Assembly (NCBI GenBank): GCA_002394335.1
Contig: DGTP01000014.1
Location: 88,138-152,137, forward strand
DNA: 64,000 nt
Direction: 5' to 3'
DNA from: Bacteroidales bacterium UBA4333
GTDB taxonomy: Bacteria > Bacteroidota > Bacteroidia > Bacteroidales > Paludibacteraceae
Under the pieces are notes generated by a model that worked only from the letters and a program-made list of their open reading frames with translations, did no database searches and was not told where the DNA came from. Positions 63,039 through 64,000 of the stretch are shown here, piece by piece (the stretch's first letter is position 1; each line of letters opens with the position of its first letter). A program made the position numbers and the translations under genes.

Positions 63039-64000
63039 ATGTCAGAATTACAAATCGGTGCTACCGTTCATTTGACGAACGGAGCGACAGCCACAGTAAA
63101 GAAATTACTTGGCGAAGGAGGGCAAGGCTATGTGTACCTTGCCTCGGTTAACGGAAAAGACATGGCATTAAAATGGTATAAAAACCCGCCATCTTCATCT
63201 CCTGAGAAGTTCTACAAAAACCTGCGGCAAAATGCAGAATCAGGTGCTCCTGCTCCGATGTTTATATGGCCGGAGTACGTGACCAAACATGAGCAGGGCA
63301 GCTTCGGCTATGTAATGAAACTTCGCCCGCAAGGGTACTATGAGTTTGGTCAATTCCTTATTAACAAGCAGCGCTTTGCAAGTCTGCATGCTATCTTTAC
63401 TGCTGCAATAGAAATATGCGAAGCATTTAAAGCATTGCACGCAAAGGGATTGAGTTACCAAGATTTGAATGATGGCAACTTCTTTATTCAACCATCCACA
63501 GGTCATGTGATGATTTGCGATAACGATAATGCCTTCCCTAATGGAGAGAAATCCGGAATTTTGGGTAAAGCGCGCTATATGGCCCCTGAAGTAGTAACCG
63601 GAGATCGCATGCCGGATGCTTATACTGACAAATTCTCTTTGGCTGTGATTCTATTCTATATCATTTATATGAACCACCCGTTCGAAGGAATGAAAGTGTT
63701 GTCGCATCCTTGCATGACAGAAGAACTGGATCGCAAATGCTACGGAAGCGAGATATTGTTTATCGCTGACCCTAACGACAAGTCCAATGCTCCGATTAAG
63801 GGCTTGCATAACAATGTGATTATTCGTTGGCCTTTATTCCCAAAATTACTGCGTGATACATTTACCCGCGAATTTACAGCTCCTATTCTTCGCAGTCCGA
63901 ACAAGCGTTTAACGGAAATGCAATGGCTGGATATTCTGACAGCGGTTAGGGATGAAGTTATTCGTTGCCCTTATTGTGGCAAAGAAACCTTTGCAAGTTT
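63039..64000 (+). CDS. Atypical Hanks-type Ser/Thr protein kinase; a zinc-ribbon-like motif begins at the window edge (partial)
   Basis: Not in the ORF track (open at the right edge). Hand translation: MSELQIGATVHLTNGATATVKKLLGEGGQGYVYLASVNGKDMALKWY...GLSYQDLNDGNFFI...ICDNDNAF...ARYMAPEVV...RCPYCGKETF. Confidence 0.8.
   Translation, partial: MSELQIGATVHLTNGATATVKKLLGEGGQGYVYLASVNGKDMALKWYKNPPSSSPEKFYKNLRQNAESGAPAPMFIWPEYVTKHEQGSFGYVMKLRPQGYYEFGQFLINKQRFASLHAIFTAAIEICEAFKALHAKGLSYQDLNDGNFFIQPSTGHVMICDNDNAFPNGEKSGILGKARYMAPEVVTGDRMPDAYTDKFSLAVILFYIIYMNHPFEGMKVLSHPCMTEELDRKCYGSEILFIADPNDKSNAPIKGLHNNVIIRWPLFPKLLRDTFTREFTAPILRSPNKRLTEMQWLDILTAVRDEVIRCPYCGKETFAS

Noticed and set aside
63240-63506. 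88-aa minus-strand ORF.
   Set aside because: It lies antisense inside the kinase ORF, which has clear kinase motifs.
54386-64000. Classical tRNA-integrated genomic island anchored at tRNA-Lys.
   Set aside because: The tRNA 3' end points left, toward queF, away from the AT-rich block. Core-like genes (55221-57037) lie in between. I saw no integrase and no duplicate of the tRNA 3' end. A plain accessory block remains possible.

Overview
The window looks like a Bacteroidales (Bacteroidota) chromosome segment. Support: a SusC/SusD pair, repeated -33 TTTG / -7 TAnnTTTG promoter boxes, almost no Shine-Dalgarno sites, and many ATGA/TAATG stop-start overlaps.

About 1-57 kb is core genome, roughly 52% GC by a hand count of one 60-nt line. 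It carries an ABC-F ATPase, wecA/capD-like sugar genes, uvrA, two HU paralogs (one fused to LysM), rimO and recQ. Next come a 5-gene SusC/D locus with an MFS permease, class I fumarase, dxr, rseP, and a TonB receptor with a DUF4249 lipoprotein. These are followed by wbpD-like, mscS, rlmN, glyA, class 3 fbp, yceD-rpmF, rluB-like and DUF1846 genes. Then come a polysaccharide export module (wbpB-like, 2x wza, wzc), an esterase-LysM protein and an iorAB-aminotransferase-CoA-transferase cassette. The core part ends with queFCDE, tRNA-Lys(CUU) and a divergent pair of an orphan protein and a Ser/Thr kinase.

From about 57.0 kb to the right edge the sequence turns clearly AT-rich (about 33% GC by a hand count of one line).

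Main hunt result: this AT-rich block holds a lasso-peptide-like RiPP core.
- The core is a 50-codon candidate precursor, a hairpin, a transglutaminase-like B2 protease and an Asn-synthetase-like cyclase.
- It is chained to unusual partners: an R2K-like ATP-grasp, a 3-TM miniprotein and an atypical Hanks kinase.
- Two orphan membrane proteins precede the core.
- Further upstream lie a roughly 200-nt promoter-to-terminator structured RNA candidate and arrays of 11-bp phased repeats.

Secondary results:
- a preQ1-I-like leader in front of queF
- two promoter-equipped mini-ORF/sRNA candidates next to tRNA-Lys
- extreme Gly-Tyr repeats in Wzc

All calls come from reading motifs in the given translations or from my own hand translation. 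No database search or computation was run.
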